Shown: one piece after another, positions 41,401 to 50,247 of the stretch
Numbering within the stretch: position 1 is the first letter of the stretch
Layout: each line of letters begins with the position of its first letter
From: Thermoproteota archaeon
GTDB lineage: Archaea; Korarchaeota; Korarchaeia; Korarchaeales; Korarchaeaceae
Assembly: GCA_027491735.1 (NCBI GenBank)
Contig: JAOZGP010000006.1
Coordinates: forward strand, 1-64,000
DNA: 64,000 bases
Direction of reading: 5' to 3'
Notes under the pieces: model-generated
Databases searched by the model: none
What the model saw: only the letters and a program-made list of their open reading frames with translations
What the model was told of the DNA's origin: nothing
Made by a program: the position numbers and the translations under genes

Positions 41401-41560
41401 GGCGGACCTCAACATCCCACTGGTCCTGGACGCAAGGCTGGCCTCGGAGCTCTTCAGGGCGATGGGGATGTTCATGGAGAAGGAGCTCGATGTAAGGGAG
41501 CTCACGGAGCACTGGCCAGTCCTCGAGACGAGCAGGAGTTGCGCATGGCACAAAATTTAG
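38426..41560 (+). CDS. carB: carbamoyl-phosphate synthase large subunit
   Basis: EFDYSGSQA, GVHTGDS, NPRMSRSSALASKATGYP, second ATP-grasp with HSGDS, GPEMRSTGEV. Confidence 0.97.
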   Translation: MVKPSKVLMIGSGAIKVGEAAEFDYSGSQALKAMKEEGIETVLVNPNVATIQTSPEMADRVYLVPLNVKFVEKVIEREEPDGLLLGFGGQSALSLGVLLHDLGILKEHCVEVLGTPVDGIRRALDREMFKETMRSAGIPVPRSMAATNMDDAVRAAEEVGFPVIVRVSFNLGGRGSFIAWNMEEFRRGVRRAFAHSEIGKILVERSLRGWKEVEFEVVRDSDGNSVAVACLENVDPMGVHTGDSVVVAPSQTLTDREYQILRSTSLRVAEAIGLVGECNVQFALSPGSEEFYVIEVNPRMSRSSALASKATGYPLAYISAKLALGHRLDELMNGVTGATTAAFEPSLDYVVVKVPRWDLEKFEMAERVVGSEMRSIGEVMAIGRNIHEALQKAFRMVDMGDELIGNYYEKDEPLDKVLERIRSYRPYVLMHVAKALRLGASVEEVNEITGIDRFYLYVIEDLVRIAEKLRSGNTDVVEEARRLGFSDEQIRKLTGGKSVPGGFSVKQIDTLAGEVPARTNYLYLTRDACEHDVSSSSRPKVMVLGAGVFRIGVSVEFDWAVVNFARAARRRGYEVLVLNYNPETVSTDWDVNDKLYFDEISLERVLEIYDFERPEGVVVFAGGQLANSLAKRLEEKGVILLGSCGISVDSAEDRSKFSKLLESLGIRQPPWIEARSVKEVLEFAEEVGYPVMVRPSYVLSGTAMKVASNEEELRDYLMRAAKVSQEHLVVVSKFLDALEAELDAVSDGRSVVGVTLEHIERAGIHSGDSTMVTPCRILKPESLRKMHEIALELATNLEIRGPFNLQFLINKEVQVLELNLRASRSMPFSSKSRGVNLMELSAQAVLDGKLSIGIDGEYVEVPARDFAVKTPQFSWSQMKGAYPCLGPEMRSTGEVAALGRSFEEALLKSWLSARPNRMPERRVLIYGYEDRDLLQEVAEGISFAEVITVDSSLDIPSVDQKTARRMMRDGAIDLVATSGHSISRDYWLRRTAADLNIPLVLDARLASELFRAMGMFMEKELDVRELTEHWPVLETSRSCAWHKI

Positions 41561-41634
41561 TTTTCTGAAGCAGATGATACGAAAGAATTAAATTTCCTCT
41601 TTGGGCTTTTGAGAATCGCTGGTGAGGTGGTCGC

Positions 41635-41796
41635 ATGGCCGAATGTCCCGTGTGCGGATTCAGGATAGACCTAAATGAGGTTCAGGTTCATGAGGTGGTC
41701 GAATGTCCCGCGTGCGGATCTGAGCTTGAGATTGTCTCCATAGATCCAATGGTCCTCGAGGAACTCCCTGAGATAGAGGAGGACTGGGGAGAGTAG
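41635..41796 (+). CDS. lysW: amino-group carrier protein LysW (53 aa; absent from the ORF track)
   Basis: Read by hand: MAECPVCG..VVECPACGSELE..EIEEDWGE*. Two CxxC pairs, C-terminal EDWGE, SD GAGGTGG upstream. Confidence 0.96.
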   Translation: MAECPVCGFRIDLNEVQVHEVVECPACGSELEIVSIDPMVLEELPEIEEDWGE

Positions 41797-41824
41797 CAGA
41801 CAGCCGGGAAGGAGGAACCTCCAG

Positions 41825-42661
41825 ATGAGGATAGGAATAGTTTACACGATCCTGAGGCAGGAGGAGATGATGCTGAAGGAGAGGGCCAATGACCTCGGGG
41901 ACGCAGTCATGATAAACGACAGGGAGGTGATCCTCCCGAGAGGCCGGGCGAACCCTGACCTCGATCTTGATCTGGCCATAATGAGAAGCGTGAGCCATTT
42001 CAAGGGCCTCTACCTCGCCAGGCTGTTTGAGGAGCTTGGAGTCACCACTCTGAACCCCTTTTGGATCATGCTTGAGGCCGGAGACAAGTTGCTCTCGACC
42101 CTCAGGCTCAGAAGGAAAGTCCCGGTTCCGAGGTGGAGCGTGGCATTCGACAAGGGGTCGGCCATGAGGGCTGTAGAGAACATCGGGTATCCGGCGGTGA
42201 TGAAGCCCGTCTTCAGCAGTTGGGGGAGGATGGTGAGCAAGGTCAACGACAGGGATGCGGCGGAGGCCCTGATAGAGCACAGGTCTTGGATGGGAAACCC
42301 ACTTCACAAGATCTACTACATTCAGGAGTACGTCGAGAAGCCTGGGAGAGACATAAGGAGTCATGTGATAGGAGGGGATTTCATAACGGCCATATACAGG
42401 TGCTCCGACCACTGGATAACCAACACCGCGAGAGGAGGGAGGGCAGTTCCGTGTGACGATGAGGAGGTGAGGGAGATCTCTGTGAAGGCCTGGGAGGCGT
42501 TCGGCGAGGGAGCCCTGGCCTTCGACATATTCGAAGGAAGAGGTGGCCTCCTGGTGAACGAGGTGAACCCAGCGATGGAGTTCAAGAACGTTGTGAGGGT
42601 GACCGGTGTGGACATAGCCGGTAAGATAGTTGAGTACGCCGTCAGCATAGCAAGGAGGTGA
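41825..42661 (+). CDS. lysX: LysX/ArgX ATP-grasp amino acid-LysW ligase
   Basis: KPVFSSWGR, YIQEYVEKPGRDIR, HWITNTARGG, NEVN, MEFKNV. Follows lysW. Confidence 0.93.
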   Translation: MRIGIVYTILRQEEMMLKERANDLGDAVMINDREVILPRGRANPDLDLDLAIMRSVSHFKGLYLARLFEELGVTTLNPFWIMLEAGDKLLSTLRLRRKVPVPRWSVAFDKGSAMRAVENIGYPAVMKPVFSSWGRMVSKVNDRDAAEALIEHRSWMGNPLHKIYYIQEYVEKPGRDIRSHVIGGDFITAIYRCSDHWITNTARGGRAVPCDDEEVREISVKAWEAFGEGALAFDIFEGRGGLLVNEVNPAMEFKNVVRVTGVDIAGKIVEYAVSIARR

Positions 42662-42676
42662 GGAGGGTGAAGGAGC

Positions 42677-43669
42677 ATGATAAAGGCAGCGGTTGTTGGA
42701 GCAAGCGGATATATAGGAGGGGAACTCATAAGGCTCCTCTGGGAGCACCCGGAGGCGGAGATAACAGCCCTCGTGTCGAGGAGGTATGAAGGGGAGAAGG
42801 TTCACAGGGTGCATCCAAACCTGAGGGGCCTCAACCTGAGGTTCACCGGCCCCAAGGAGCTCGACGCCGATGTGATATTCCTATCGGTCCCTCACGGCAC
42901 CTCCATGAGGATCATAGATGATTACGCTGGAAGCTCAAAGGTGATAGATATGAGCGCTGACTTCAGGGTTCCTCTGGAGCTCTACAGAGAATACTACGGG
43001 GAGCATCTCAGACCGGAGCTCTTAGAGGAGTTCGTCTATGGGCTTCCCGAGCTGCACAGGGACGAGATAAGGAGAGCCGAGCTCATAGCCAATCCCGGAT
43101 GCAACTCGACGGCGGTCATACTGGCGCTTCATCCTTTCAGGGACCTCGTCGATGAGGCCACGGTCGACCTGAAGGTCGGATCGAGTGCTGGGGGAAGGAA
43201 AGGTGGTCTTCCGAGGATGCATCCCGAGAGGAGCAACGCTGTGAGGGTGTACAGAACACATCACCACAGGCATGAGGCGGAGATACTAAATGAGACCGGC
43301 GTAAGGGCCCATCTGACGGTCCACTCGGTCGACCTGGTCAGGGGGCTCATGGCGACGATGTACCTCAGGATCGAATCTGACAGGAGGGAGATCTACAGAA
43401 GGCTCCTCGGATACCTGAAGGAACCATTTGTGAGGATTGTGAAGGATAGAAGGGGAATCCAGAGGCTTCCCGATCCAAAGTACCTGATCGGGAGCAACTT
43501 CGTCGATATAGGATTTGAGTGCGATGAGAACAACGGGAGGGTTATCCTCTTCTCAGCCCTGGACAATCTGATGAAGGGAGGGGCTGGTCAGGCGGTCCAG
43601 AACATGAACCTGACCTTCAGCCTTGAGGAGACCACGGGGCTGAGGAGGCTTCCGATATATCCCGTCTAG
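42677..43669 (+). CDS. lysY: LysW-gamma-aminoadipyl/glutamyl-phosphate reductase
   Basis: GASGYIGGEL, DMSADFR, YGLPEL, ANPGC, DNLMKGGAGQAVQ. Confidence 0.92.
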   Translation: MIKAAVVGASGYIGGELIRLLWEHPEAEITALVSRRYEGEKVHRVHPNLRGLNLRFTGPKELDADVIFLSVPHGTSMRIIDDYAGSSKVIDMSADFRVPLELYREYYGEHLRPELLEEFVYGLPELHRDEIRRAELIANPGCNSTAVILALHPFRDLVDEATVDLKVGSSAGGRKGGLPRMHPERSNAVRVYRTHHHRHEAEILNETGVRAHLTVHSVDLVRGLMATMYLRIESDRREIYRRLLGYLKEPFVRIVKDRRGIQRLPDPKYLIGSNFVDIGFECDENNGRVILFSALDNLMKGGAGQAVQNMNLTFSLEETTGLRRLPIYPV

Positions 43670-43677
43670 GTGATCCC

Positions 43678-44400
43678 ATGAGGGTCCTCAAAATAGGGGG
43701 TGGTGTTGCCAGAAGACTTGACCTCTTGGACCTGGACGGGGATGTGATAGTGCACGGGGCATCGGACCAGGTGGATGAGCTGTGCAAGAGGCTCGGGATC
43801 GAGATAAGGAGGCTCGTCAGCCCATCTGGAGTTGAGTTCAGGCACACACCCGACGAAGTCCTTGAGGTGTACCTGATGGCAGCGATGAAGCTCAACAAGG
43901 AGATAGTGGCCCACCTTCAGGGCAGGGGGATGAAGGCGATCGGGGTGAGCGGGATGGATCTAGGGATTGTGAGGGCTAGAAGGAAGAGGTTCGTAAAGGC
44001 CGTTGTTGACGGAAGGAAGTTCGTCCTGAGGGATGACAACTCGGGCATCATAGAGGAGGTTGACTCAAGGAGGATAAGGGGGCTCATGAATCTCGGCATT
44101 CCGGTAATCGCCCCCATAGCGATCAGTGAGGAGAACAGGCCTCTCAACATAGATGGGGACAGGATGGCAACGGAGATCGCTGTAAGTCTCAGTGCCGATG
44201 AGCTGGTGTTCCTGAGCGATCTACCATTTCTTGTGGACGGGAGGGCCGTCGATAGGTTGAGCTCCAGCGAGGTCCGTGGCCTCCTGATGCATGCGAGAGG
44301 TGGGATGAGGAGGAAGCTCATGATGGCCGAGGAGGCCCTGAGGAGGGGAGTCGGAATGGTCGTGATAAGGGGATTGGATGGAGAGACGGTGATAGTTTGA
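43678..44400 (+). CDS. lysZ: LysW-aminoadipate/glutamate kinase
   Basis: [33 protein letters not shown]. Confidence 0.9.
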   Translation: MRVLKIGGGVARRLDLLDLDGDVIVHGASDQVDELCKRLGIEIRRLVSPSGVEFRHTPDEVLEVYLMAAMKLNKEIVAHLQGRGMKAIGVSGMDLGIVRARRKRFVKAVVDGRKFVLRDDNSGIIEEVDSRRIRGLMNLGIPVIAPIAISEENRPLNIDGDRMATEIAVSLSADELVFLSDLPFLVDGRAVDRLSSSEVRGLLMHARGGMRRKLMMAEEALRRGVGMVVIRGLDGETVIV

Positions 44401-45506
44401 GGGAGCTAAACCTCTACAGGAGGAGGCTCAGGATAGTCAGGGGAAAGGGGGTTTACATCTGGGACGACGAGGGGAGGAGGTACCTGGACGCTATAGCTGG
44501 GATAGGGGTTGCAGTCCTCGGTCACACGCATGAGGAGTTCAGCTCGGCTATGAGAGAGCAGATGGACAAGCTCGTTGTCGCTGGACCGATGTTCAACCAT
44601 GAGGAGAAGGATCAGGCGATCGAGGAGCTCTCAAGGTTCTCGAAGTTCGAGCACGTCTACTTCTGCAACTCCGGAACGGAGGCCGTCGAGGCGGCCCTCA
44701 AGTTCGCCAGGCTGGAGACCGGAAAGAAGGAGGTGGTTGCGATGACCGGGGCCTTTCATGGGAGAACTTTCGGCTCCCTGAGTGCTACATGGAGGAGGAG
44801 GTACAGGGAGGGCTTCGAGCCCCTCGTCCCGGGGTTCAGGCACATCCCCTTCAACGACGTGGAGGCCGCCAAGGAGGGCATCACTGGGGAGACAGCTGCG
44901 GTGATCCTCGAGCCGATACAGGGTGAGGGGGGCGTGATCCCAGCAAGGGAGGAGTTCGTCAGAACCCTGAGGGATGTCACGGAGGATAAGGGGGTCCTAC
45001 TCATAGCCGATGAAGTGCAGAGCGGGCTCAGGACAGGTAAGTTCATGGCCCTCGAACACTACGGGGTGCAGGCGGACATAGTCGCCATGGGGAAGGGAAT
45101 AGCGAACGGGGTGCCAATCGGTCTTACCCTCCTCAACTTCGACGTCCCGAGGAGCAAGCACGGCTCAACGTTCGGAGGAAATCCCCTATCCTGCAGGGCT
45201 CTGGCGACGACCCTGAGGATACTGAGGAGGGATGGACTGATGGAGAAGGCCCTGGACAAGTGGATAGATGTTCAGGGCCGAGATGTCATCCTAACCAGGG
45301 GCAGAGGGCTGATGATCGGCGTTCTGCTGAGGAAGGATGCCTGGAGCTACGTCCTCAAGCTTCAGCAAAGGGGGCTCCTGGTCAACACAGCTGGGAGGAG
45401 GGTGATAAGGCTCCTTCCTCCCTTGATAATAACGAAGGAGCAGATGAGCTGGATCAAGGGGTTGATGGAGGATGTCCTTCAGGAGGACGAGGAACGGAGG
45501 AGCTGA
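44397..45506 (+). CDS. lysJ: LysW-semialdehyde aminotransferase (class III PLP)
   Basis: [40 protein letters not shown]. Confidence 0.92.
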   Translation: MRELNLYRRRLRIVRGKGVYIWDDEGRRYLDAIAGIGVAVLGHTHEEFSSAMREQMDKLVVAGPMFNHEEKDQAIEELSRFSKFEHVYFCNSGTEAVEAALKFARLETGKKEVVAMTGAFHGRTFGSLSATWRRRYREGFEPLVPGFRHIPFNDVEAAKEGITGETAAVILEPIQGEGGVIPAREEFVRTLRDVTEDKGVLLIADEVQSGLRTGKFMALEHYGVQADIVAMGKGIANGVPIGLTLLNFDVPRSKHGSTFGGNPLSCRALATTLRILRRDGLMEKALDKWIDVQGRDVILTRGRGLMIGVLLRKDAWSYVLKLQQRGLLVNTAGRRVIRLLPPLIITKEQMSWIKGLMEDVLQEDEERRS

Positions 45507-46500
45507 GGAGAAGGTTGAGTTCCTGGAGGAGCTCCTGAGGATCTACAGCCCAAACGGGAGAGAGAAGGAAGTGGCTGAGCTCATCCTTGATGAGCTCAAA
45601 AGGTGCGGGGCTCATGCCTGGATCGATGACGTCGGAAACGTCCTGGCGGAGAAGGAGGGGAATGGGCCATCGATCCTCTTAGCCGGTCACATGGACACCG
45701 TGGCTGGCTTCATACCCGTCAGGATCGAGAACGGATACATCTGGGGAAGGGGGAGTGTGGATGCAAAGGGACCCCTCTCAGCCCTCCTCTTCTCCTTCCT
45801 CGAGTCCGATGGCAACCTGATGTTCGCTGGGCTTGTGGATGAGGAGGGATCATCCAGAGGTGCTAGAAACCTCGAGCTCCCGAGGAGGCCGAATTACATA
45901 ATAGTTGGGGAGCCTAGTGGTCACGACTGTGTCACGATAGGCTACAAGGGGAGCTTGACAGCGAGGTTCAGGGTCGAGGTCGAGAGGTTTCACGAGAGCT
46001 CCTGCATGAAGGGAGCCGCGGAGCTCCTGATCGAGAGGTGGGTGGAGATCAGCAGGGAGTTCGGTGATGGCTTCTACGGACTGAGCGGGAGAATATTGAG
46101 CTTCAATACCTCGGAGGACGAGTTCCACTTCCTTGGGGAGATGGTGGTGAACCTCAGAACTCCTCCAGGCTACAGGCCCCCGGAGGAGTGGGAGATAATC
46201 AGCTTCACGCCTGCCTACGAGGTCTCCCCGAGGAGCGTGCTGGTCAGGACATTTGTGAGGGCCATAAGAAGGATCGGAGCCACTCCCAGATTGAAGAGGA
46301 AGAGCGGGACCGCCGACATGAACATACTCGGCCCAGCCTTCAGTGCTGATTCCGTTGCGTACGGACCGGGCGACTCCAGGCTTGATCACACGCCCCATGA
46401 GCACCTGAGCATAGAGGAGTACCTCATGTCCGTGGATGTGTTGAAGCTTGTCATCGAGGAGCTCTCAAGGGCCCCATCTCAGGCTCAGGCTGTTCACTAG
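45472..46500 (+). CDS. lysK: LysW-lysine/ornithine hydrolase (M20)
   Basis: [41 protein letters not shown]. Confidence 0.92.
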   Translation: MSFRRTRNGGAEEKVEFLEELLRIYSPNGREKEVAELILDELKRCGAHAWIDDVGNVLAEKEGNGPSILLAGHMDTVAGFIPVRIENGYIWGRGSVDAKGPLSALLFSFLESDGNLMFAGLVDEEGSSRGARNLELPRRPNYIIVGEPSGHDCVTIGYKGSLTARFRVEVERFHESSCMKGAAELLIERWVEISREFGDGFYGLSGRILSFNTSEDEFHFLGEMVVNLRTPPGYRPPEEWEIISFTPAYEVSPRSVLVRTFVRAIRRIGATPRLKRKSGTADMNILGPAFSADSVAYGPGDSRLDHTPHEHLSIEEYLMSVDVLKLVIEELSRAPSQAQAVH

Positions 46501-47305
46501 CAGCTCTCCTGGCGAGCAGGGAGTTCGCGGCGTACCTGGAGACCGCCGCCACAGCGAGCACGATCACGGAGGACACCGTTATACAGGCCCCAACAGGCCA
46601 GTCGAGTAGATAACTCAGCATCAGACCTGAAAGCGATGAGGAGGATCCTATAATCGGCGATAAGATCATCTGGATGTTTGCTCTCTTGGATACAACCATG
46701 GAGGCTGCCATTGGGTTGTAAAGGAGGGAGAAGACGAGGAAGCCTCCGGTCAGCTTTAAGGTGAGCGCTATGGCCGCCCCGACGAAAAGGAGGATCGCCA
46801 GGATGTGGACCCTGACATCTATCCCCTCAGCCTCAGCGAGCTTCTTGTCGAACAGAATGGCTTCCAGCTGCTCCTTGAAGGAGGTTGTGTAGAGAAGAAA
46901 CGCCGCCAGGACGGATATCATGATGGCCAGCTTCAGGGGGGTCGTAACTAGGACGCTCCCCCAGAGCACAGACGATATCGAGGCTGTGGCCAGGACGGTG
47001 GTGTTCGAGATGTATATCATGAGCAGCGCGATCGCGTTGAATGCTGAGAAGAAGGCCATCGACGCAAGCTCCCTCATCCTGGTGAGACTTCTGAGGGCCA
47101 ATCCCATGAGGAAAGCAAGGCATACCGAAAAGGATGCGGCCGTTAGCGTCATGTCCGTTCCGAGAATCATCGCCAAGGCCGCCCCAGCCAGGGCTGCGTG
47201 GGCCACACTGAAGCAGAGGGTCACCACGCCGAGCCTCTCGACATAATACCCAAGGGTCCCGCACAGGACTCCGGCCAGGATCGAGGCAACTACTGAGAGG
47301 ATCAT
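46451..47305 (-). CDS. metal ABC transporter permease (ZnuB/MntB family)
   Basis: VAHAALAG, AEAEGI (EAA-like) loop, multiple TM helices. Confidence 0.88.
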   Translation of the reverse strand: MILSVVASILAGVLCGTLGYYVERLGVVTLCFSVAHAALAGAALAMILGTDMTLTAASFSVCLAFLMGLALRSLTRMRELASMAFFSAFNAIALLMIYISNTTVLATASISSVLWGSVLVTTPLKLAIMISVLAAFLLYTTSFKEQLEAILFDKKLAEAEGIDVRVHILAILLFVGAAIALTLKLTGGFLVFSLLYNPMAASMVVSKRANIQMILSPIIGSSSSLSGLMLSYLLDWPVGACITVSSVIVLAVAAVSRYAANSLLARRAASEQPEPEMGPLRAPR

Positions 47306-47997
47306 CCCAAGCCTTCCACACGATCTAAGCTTTTAACTCTCCCGTCGCTCATCAGGACAACCCTGTCAGCAAGATCCCTCACCGGGGAGGTGTCGTGACT
47401 CACCATGACAACAGCGGTGTAGCTCTCATCGACCTCGCTCCTCAGCATCTCAGCTATCCTCCTCCTGAATCCTTCATCAAGGCTTGAGAAGGGCTCGTCG
47501 AGGAAGAGAACCCTTGGCTTCCTTATCAGGGCCCTGGCCAGGAAGACCCTCTGCTGTTGTCCTCCACTCAGCGTCCCAATGGGCCTCTTCAGCAGGCGAT
47601 CTATCTCGAGCTCCCTTGTCACCTCTTCAATCACCTCTCGGGGTGGCTGCTCTTTCAGGGATGCCAGGCCAAACCTAATCACCTGCTCGGCCGTGTAGTA
47701 ATCATGAGGAGGTCTCATGAAGTCCTGGGGGACGTAGCTACACTCCTTTCTTGCAGTCATGATCCTCCTGCTGCAGGTGTCCACGCCCAGAAGAAGAGCT
47801 CTCCCCCTGAGGGGCCTGAGAATTCCGAGGCAGGTCTCCACCAGGGTCGTCTTTCCAGCCCCGTTTGGTCCGGTTATCAGGACGAACTCCCTCTTCCTCA
47901 CGGAAAGGAATGCATCTACTATAGCAGGCCTTCCAGACCCGGAGTAAGATACCCAAACCCCGCTCAGAGATACTGCCTCTCCTCCAGGAGGTTCCAA
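47302..47997 (-). CDS. metal ABC transporter ATP-binding protein
   Basis: [36 protein letters not shown]. Confidence 0.92.
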   Translation of the reverse strand: MEPPGGEAVSLSGVWVSYSGSGRPAIVDAFLSVRKREFVLITGPNGAGKTTLVETCLGILRPLRGRALLLGVDTCSRRIMTARKECSYVPQDFMRPPHDYYTAEQVIRFGLASLKEQPPREVIEEVTRELEIDRLLKRPIGTLSGGQQQRVFLARALIRKPRVLFLDEPFSSLDEGFRRRIAEMLRSEVDESYTAVVMVSHDTSPVRDLADRVVLMSDGRVKSLDRVEGLG

Positions 47998-48392
47998 AGG
48001 TCCTCCTCCTCCACGGACCTGGCGGCTTCGTCCATGCCCTCTGCCGCCGAAACCTCCTCTATCCTCCCGGCCACTCCCTTCCTTATCCTCACCTCAAGCT
48101 TCCTCCCATCCCTTCTGTCCTCAAATATGAACTTCATATCCTCAGAGCTTCCATCGATCAGCTTTATGGAGAGCTTGCCGAGGGTGCAGCCCGATGAGCA
48201 TTGTATCCCGTCCAGGGAGCATGTGTAAGGGGTTTTCGCTGGGAGGTAGGCCGTGCAGATCAGGTCGTGCTCGGAAGAAGGTCTGAGGACCTCTCTGGCC
48301 CTCATGCCTATTCTGTACCCAAGGACGAGCCATGGTCCCTTATGTCCATGGAGTCTGGCAGCCTCGTCTAGAGAGAGGCCAAAATTCCCCAG
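47964..48392 (-). CDS. FmdE-family metal-binding protein (probable CTG start)
   Basis: The frame upstream of the track start (48305) encodes EAARLHGHKGPWLVLGYRIG, then CSLDGIQCSSGCTLGK (FmdE HGH..C..C). SD GGAGGTGA lies 6 nt before CTG 48392. Confidence 0.8.
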   Translation of the reverse strand: MGNFGLSLDEAARLHGHKGPWLVLGYRIGMRAREVLRPSSEHDLICTAYLPAKTPYTCSLDGIQCSSGCTLGKLSIKLIDGSSEDMKFIFEDRRDGRKLEVRIRKGVAGRIEEVSAAEGMDEAARSVEEEDLWNLLEERQYL

Positions 48393-48398
48393 AAGAGC

Positions 48399-49373
48399 TC
48401 ACCTCCTCCTTATCAACAGGGCTATGAGCAGCATCACTGCTATCGCCAATGAGATCAGTGCCACAGATCTCCAGATCTCGACCTCATGCCTGAGCTTCAA
48501 GGTGGACTTCACGTAGGACGCCCTTTGAAGACCCCTGGCCAGGAGCTTCGAGTTGTACTTCATGACCTGTGTCATGTTGTTGAGCCCCGGTGCTGTCCCC
48601 GGGAAGTTCGTCATGGCGACCTCGACAGCGCCAACCTCGTCGGCCATCCTCACACCGAGATCGGTCCCGCTCTGGAGGTTGTCTATCACCAGAAGTGCAT
48701 TCTCCTTGGTGGCGTTCTTCACCACCTCTCTGTACTCCTTGGCGGAGACCATCTCAGGAGGCCTGAAGGTCCCCACAACCCTGAACCCCATGTACCTGAC
48801 GAAGGGCTTCTGCCAGATCATGCAGACAACAGGCTTCCCGACAAATCCGTTGCTCCTCGAGTAGTTCTTGAGCCAGGAGCCGGTCTCATCTATGCTCTTG
48901 AGACATCTGCTCAGTCTCAAGCTCAGGTCAACACCGAGCTCCTTCTCAATTACACCAGCAACTCTCTCATACAGGGACTTGAGGTCCTCCGGGGTCGACC
49001 AGGAGCCCTTAACCCTGATCACAGCGGCTTTGGACCCAGACGCCTCCTTAAGATCCTTAATCCAGGGCTCAAAGCCGTGCATCAATATCAGGTCTGCTCT
49101 GCCGAAGATCTCCACATCGCTCGGCCTTATATCGTAGTGCGCTGGGCACACAGACGGGCTGGCGATCACGTACACGTCCACATAGTCTCCGGCCAAGTCC
49201 TCAACCACGCTTCCGAGGACCGTGGTGGTGCACACCACGAGCGGCCTCTTCGGCTCAGCGGACGCTGGCACCAAGGTTCCTGAGGTGAGGATCACCAGGA
49301 CCACTGAGGTCACGAGGACTGTGAGCGCTCCCCTTCTCACGGACATCACCATCGACGGATGATCAATTTCCAT
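48399..49373 (-). CDS. metal ABC transporter substrate-binding protein (cluster A-I/ZnuA-like), C-terminally anchored
   Basis: VVCTTTVLGSVV, CPAHYDIRPSD, ADLILMHG.EPW. Signal peptide and C-terminal TM. Start may be 49351 or 49345. Confidence 0.85.
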   Translation of the reverse strand: MEIDHPSMVMSVRRGALTVLVTSVVLVILTSGTLVPASAEPKRPLVVCTTTVLGSVVEDLAGDYVDVYVIASPSVCPAHYDIRPSDVEIFGRADLILMHGFEPWIKDLKEASGSKAAVIRVKGSWSTPEDLKSLYERVAGVIEKELGVDLSLRLSRCLKSIDETGSWLKNYSRSNGFVGKPVVCMIWQKPFVRYMGFRVVGTFRPPEMVSAKEYREVVKNATKENALLVIDNLQSGTDLGVRMADEVGAVEVAMTNFPGTAPGLNNMTQVMKYNSKLLARGLQRASYVKSTLKLRHEVEIWRSVALISLAIAVMLLIALLIRRR

Positions 49374-49387
49374 CCGTTAAGATTTAA

Positions 49388-49414
49388 GTGTTACTTCTTA
49401 TTACATCATAATAC
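49388..49414. promoter_or_regulatory. NikR-like operator
   Basis: GTGTTA-N15-TAATAC imperfect palindrome abutting the minus-strand TTAAAT box of the metal ABC operon. Confidence 0.5.
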
Positions 49415-49905
49415 AGTCTTGAGAGCTCAATTCCTAGAGGATTGATGGAGGAAGCTCATCAGCGGAGCACCTGCGCGTCAGCTTCACTGTCAGATCACCA
49501 AGTAGCCTCAGATCGTTCCAGAACCGGAATTAACTCAAGGGGTCGCTGAGCTGGAAGCTGTGTTGAATAACGCCTGTAAGGAGGTTCCTGTAGACAACTC
49601 AGTGGGCTGTGGTGGTAGGGGCGGATGTCATAAAAATGGAGTGATCAGGTTTGTCCTCACTCGTAAAAGGACAGAAGGAGAAGAAGGAGAAAGAAGCTGA
49701 AGATGGATTATGTGTTCGCTGTCTATCTCATCTCGAGCTTCTGAACAGCTCCATGATCTCCTTAAGCCGTCGATCCCCCTTTCAATCCTCTTTACATTGA
49801 GACACTGGTTTTCTACAGACTTCATGCAAGCCAACCTTCTCTACACCTTCATCGGAACTGTTCTTTTGATCATAGCTGCTCTCTTCTTTGGGAAGGGAAT
49901 CGGGA

Positions 49906-49929
49906 ATAAATAAAAATAAAAATAAAAAA
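49906..49929 (-). terminator. oligo-T terminator-like tract after the array-embedded gene
   Basis: Minus strand TTTTTTATTTTTATTTTTATTTAT immediately after the stop codon at 49933. Confidence 0.5.
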
Positions 49930-49932
49930 GGA

Positions 49933-50247
49933 TTAAAAGATCCTCCAAGCTTCCTCTTCTGCTTCTTCCTCTTCTTCGTCCTCTTCAAAGAACCTCCATG
50001 TTCCCTTCCGCTCCCACGGAAGGGGCTTCGACTTATTTGATCCATCAGGCTCCGATGCGATCCCCGGCAACAAGCCTCCTCTCTCTGCGTAGTTTCTATA
50101 ACATTCAAAGGAGCAGAAGTGGCTCTCGTCTATGTCTCCGAGGGCACCTCTTCCCTCTCTCACTATTATTACCCTGTCCGGCTCTATCCCGGCTCCACAG
50201 TTGTCGCACACGTACCAGGTCTCTCCAGATATGGTGCGCTTTCCCAT
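49933..50247 (-). CDS. small zinc-finger (TRASH/treble-clef-like) protein with acidic tail, encoded inside the CRISPR array
   Basis: CDNC..HFCSFEC and FFEEDEEEEEAEEEAWRIF. AATATAA box and GGGGGAG SD upstream, T-rich tract after the stop. Confidence 0.75.
   Translation of the reverse strand: MGKRTISGETWYVCDNCGAGIEPDRVIIVREGRGALGDIDESHFCSFECYRNYAERGGLLPGIASEPDGSNKSKPLPWERKGTWRFFEEDEEEEEAEEEAWRIF

Noticed and set aside
48399-48401. TGA as a selenocysteine codon
   Set aside because: It follows a normal TM plus basic C-terminus, is not at a Cys-type position, and no SECIS element is visible.
34600-49300. Many long antisense or alternate-frame ORFs (e.g. 41660-42814, 39287-40018, 48486-49283)
   Set aside because: They are shadows of well-supported genes and carry no motifs. 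The same applies to the overlapping ORFs in 1-34 kb.
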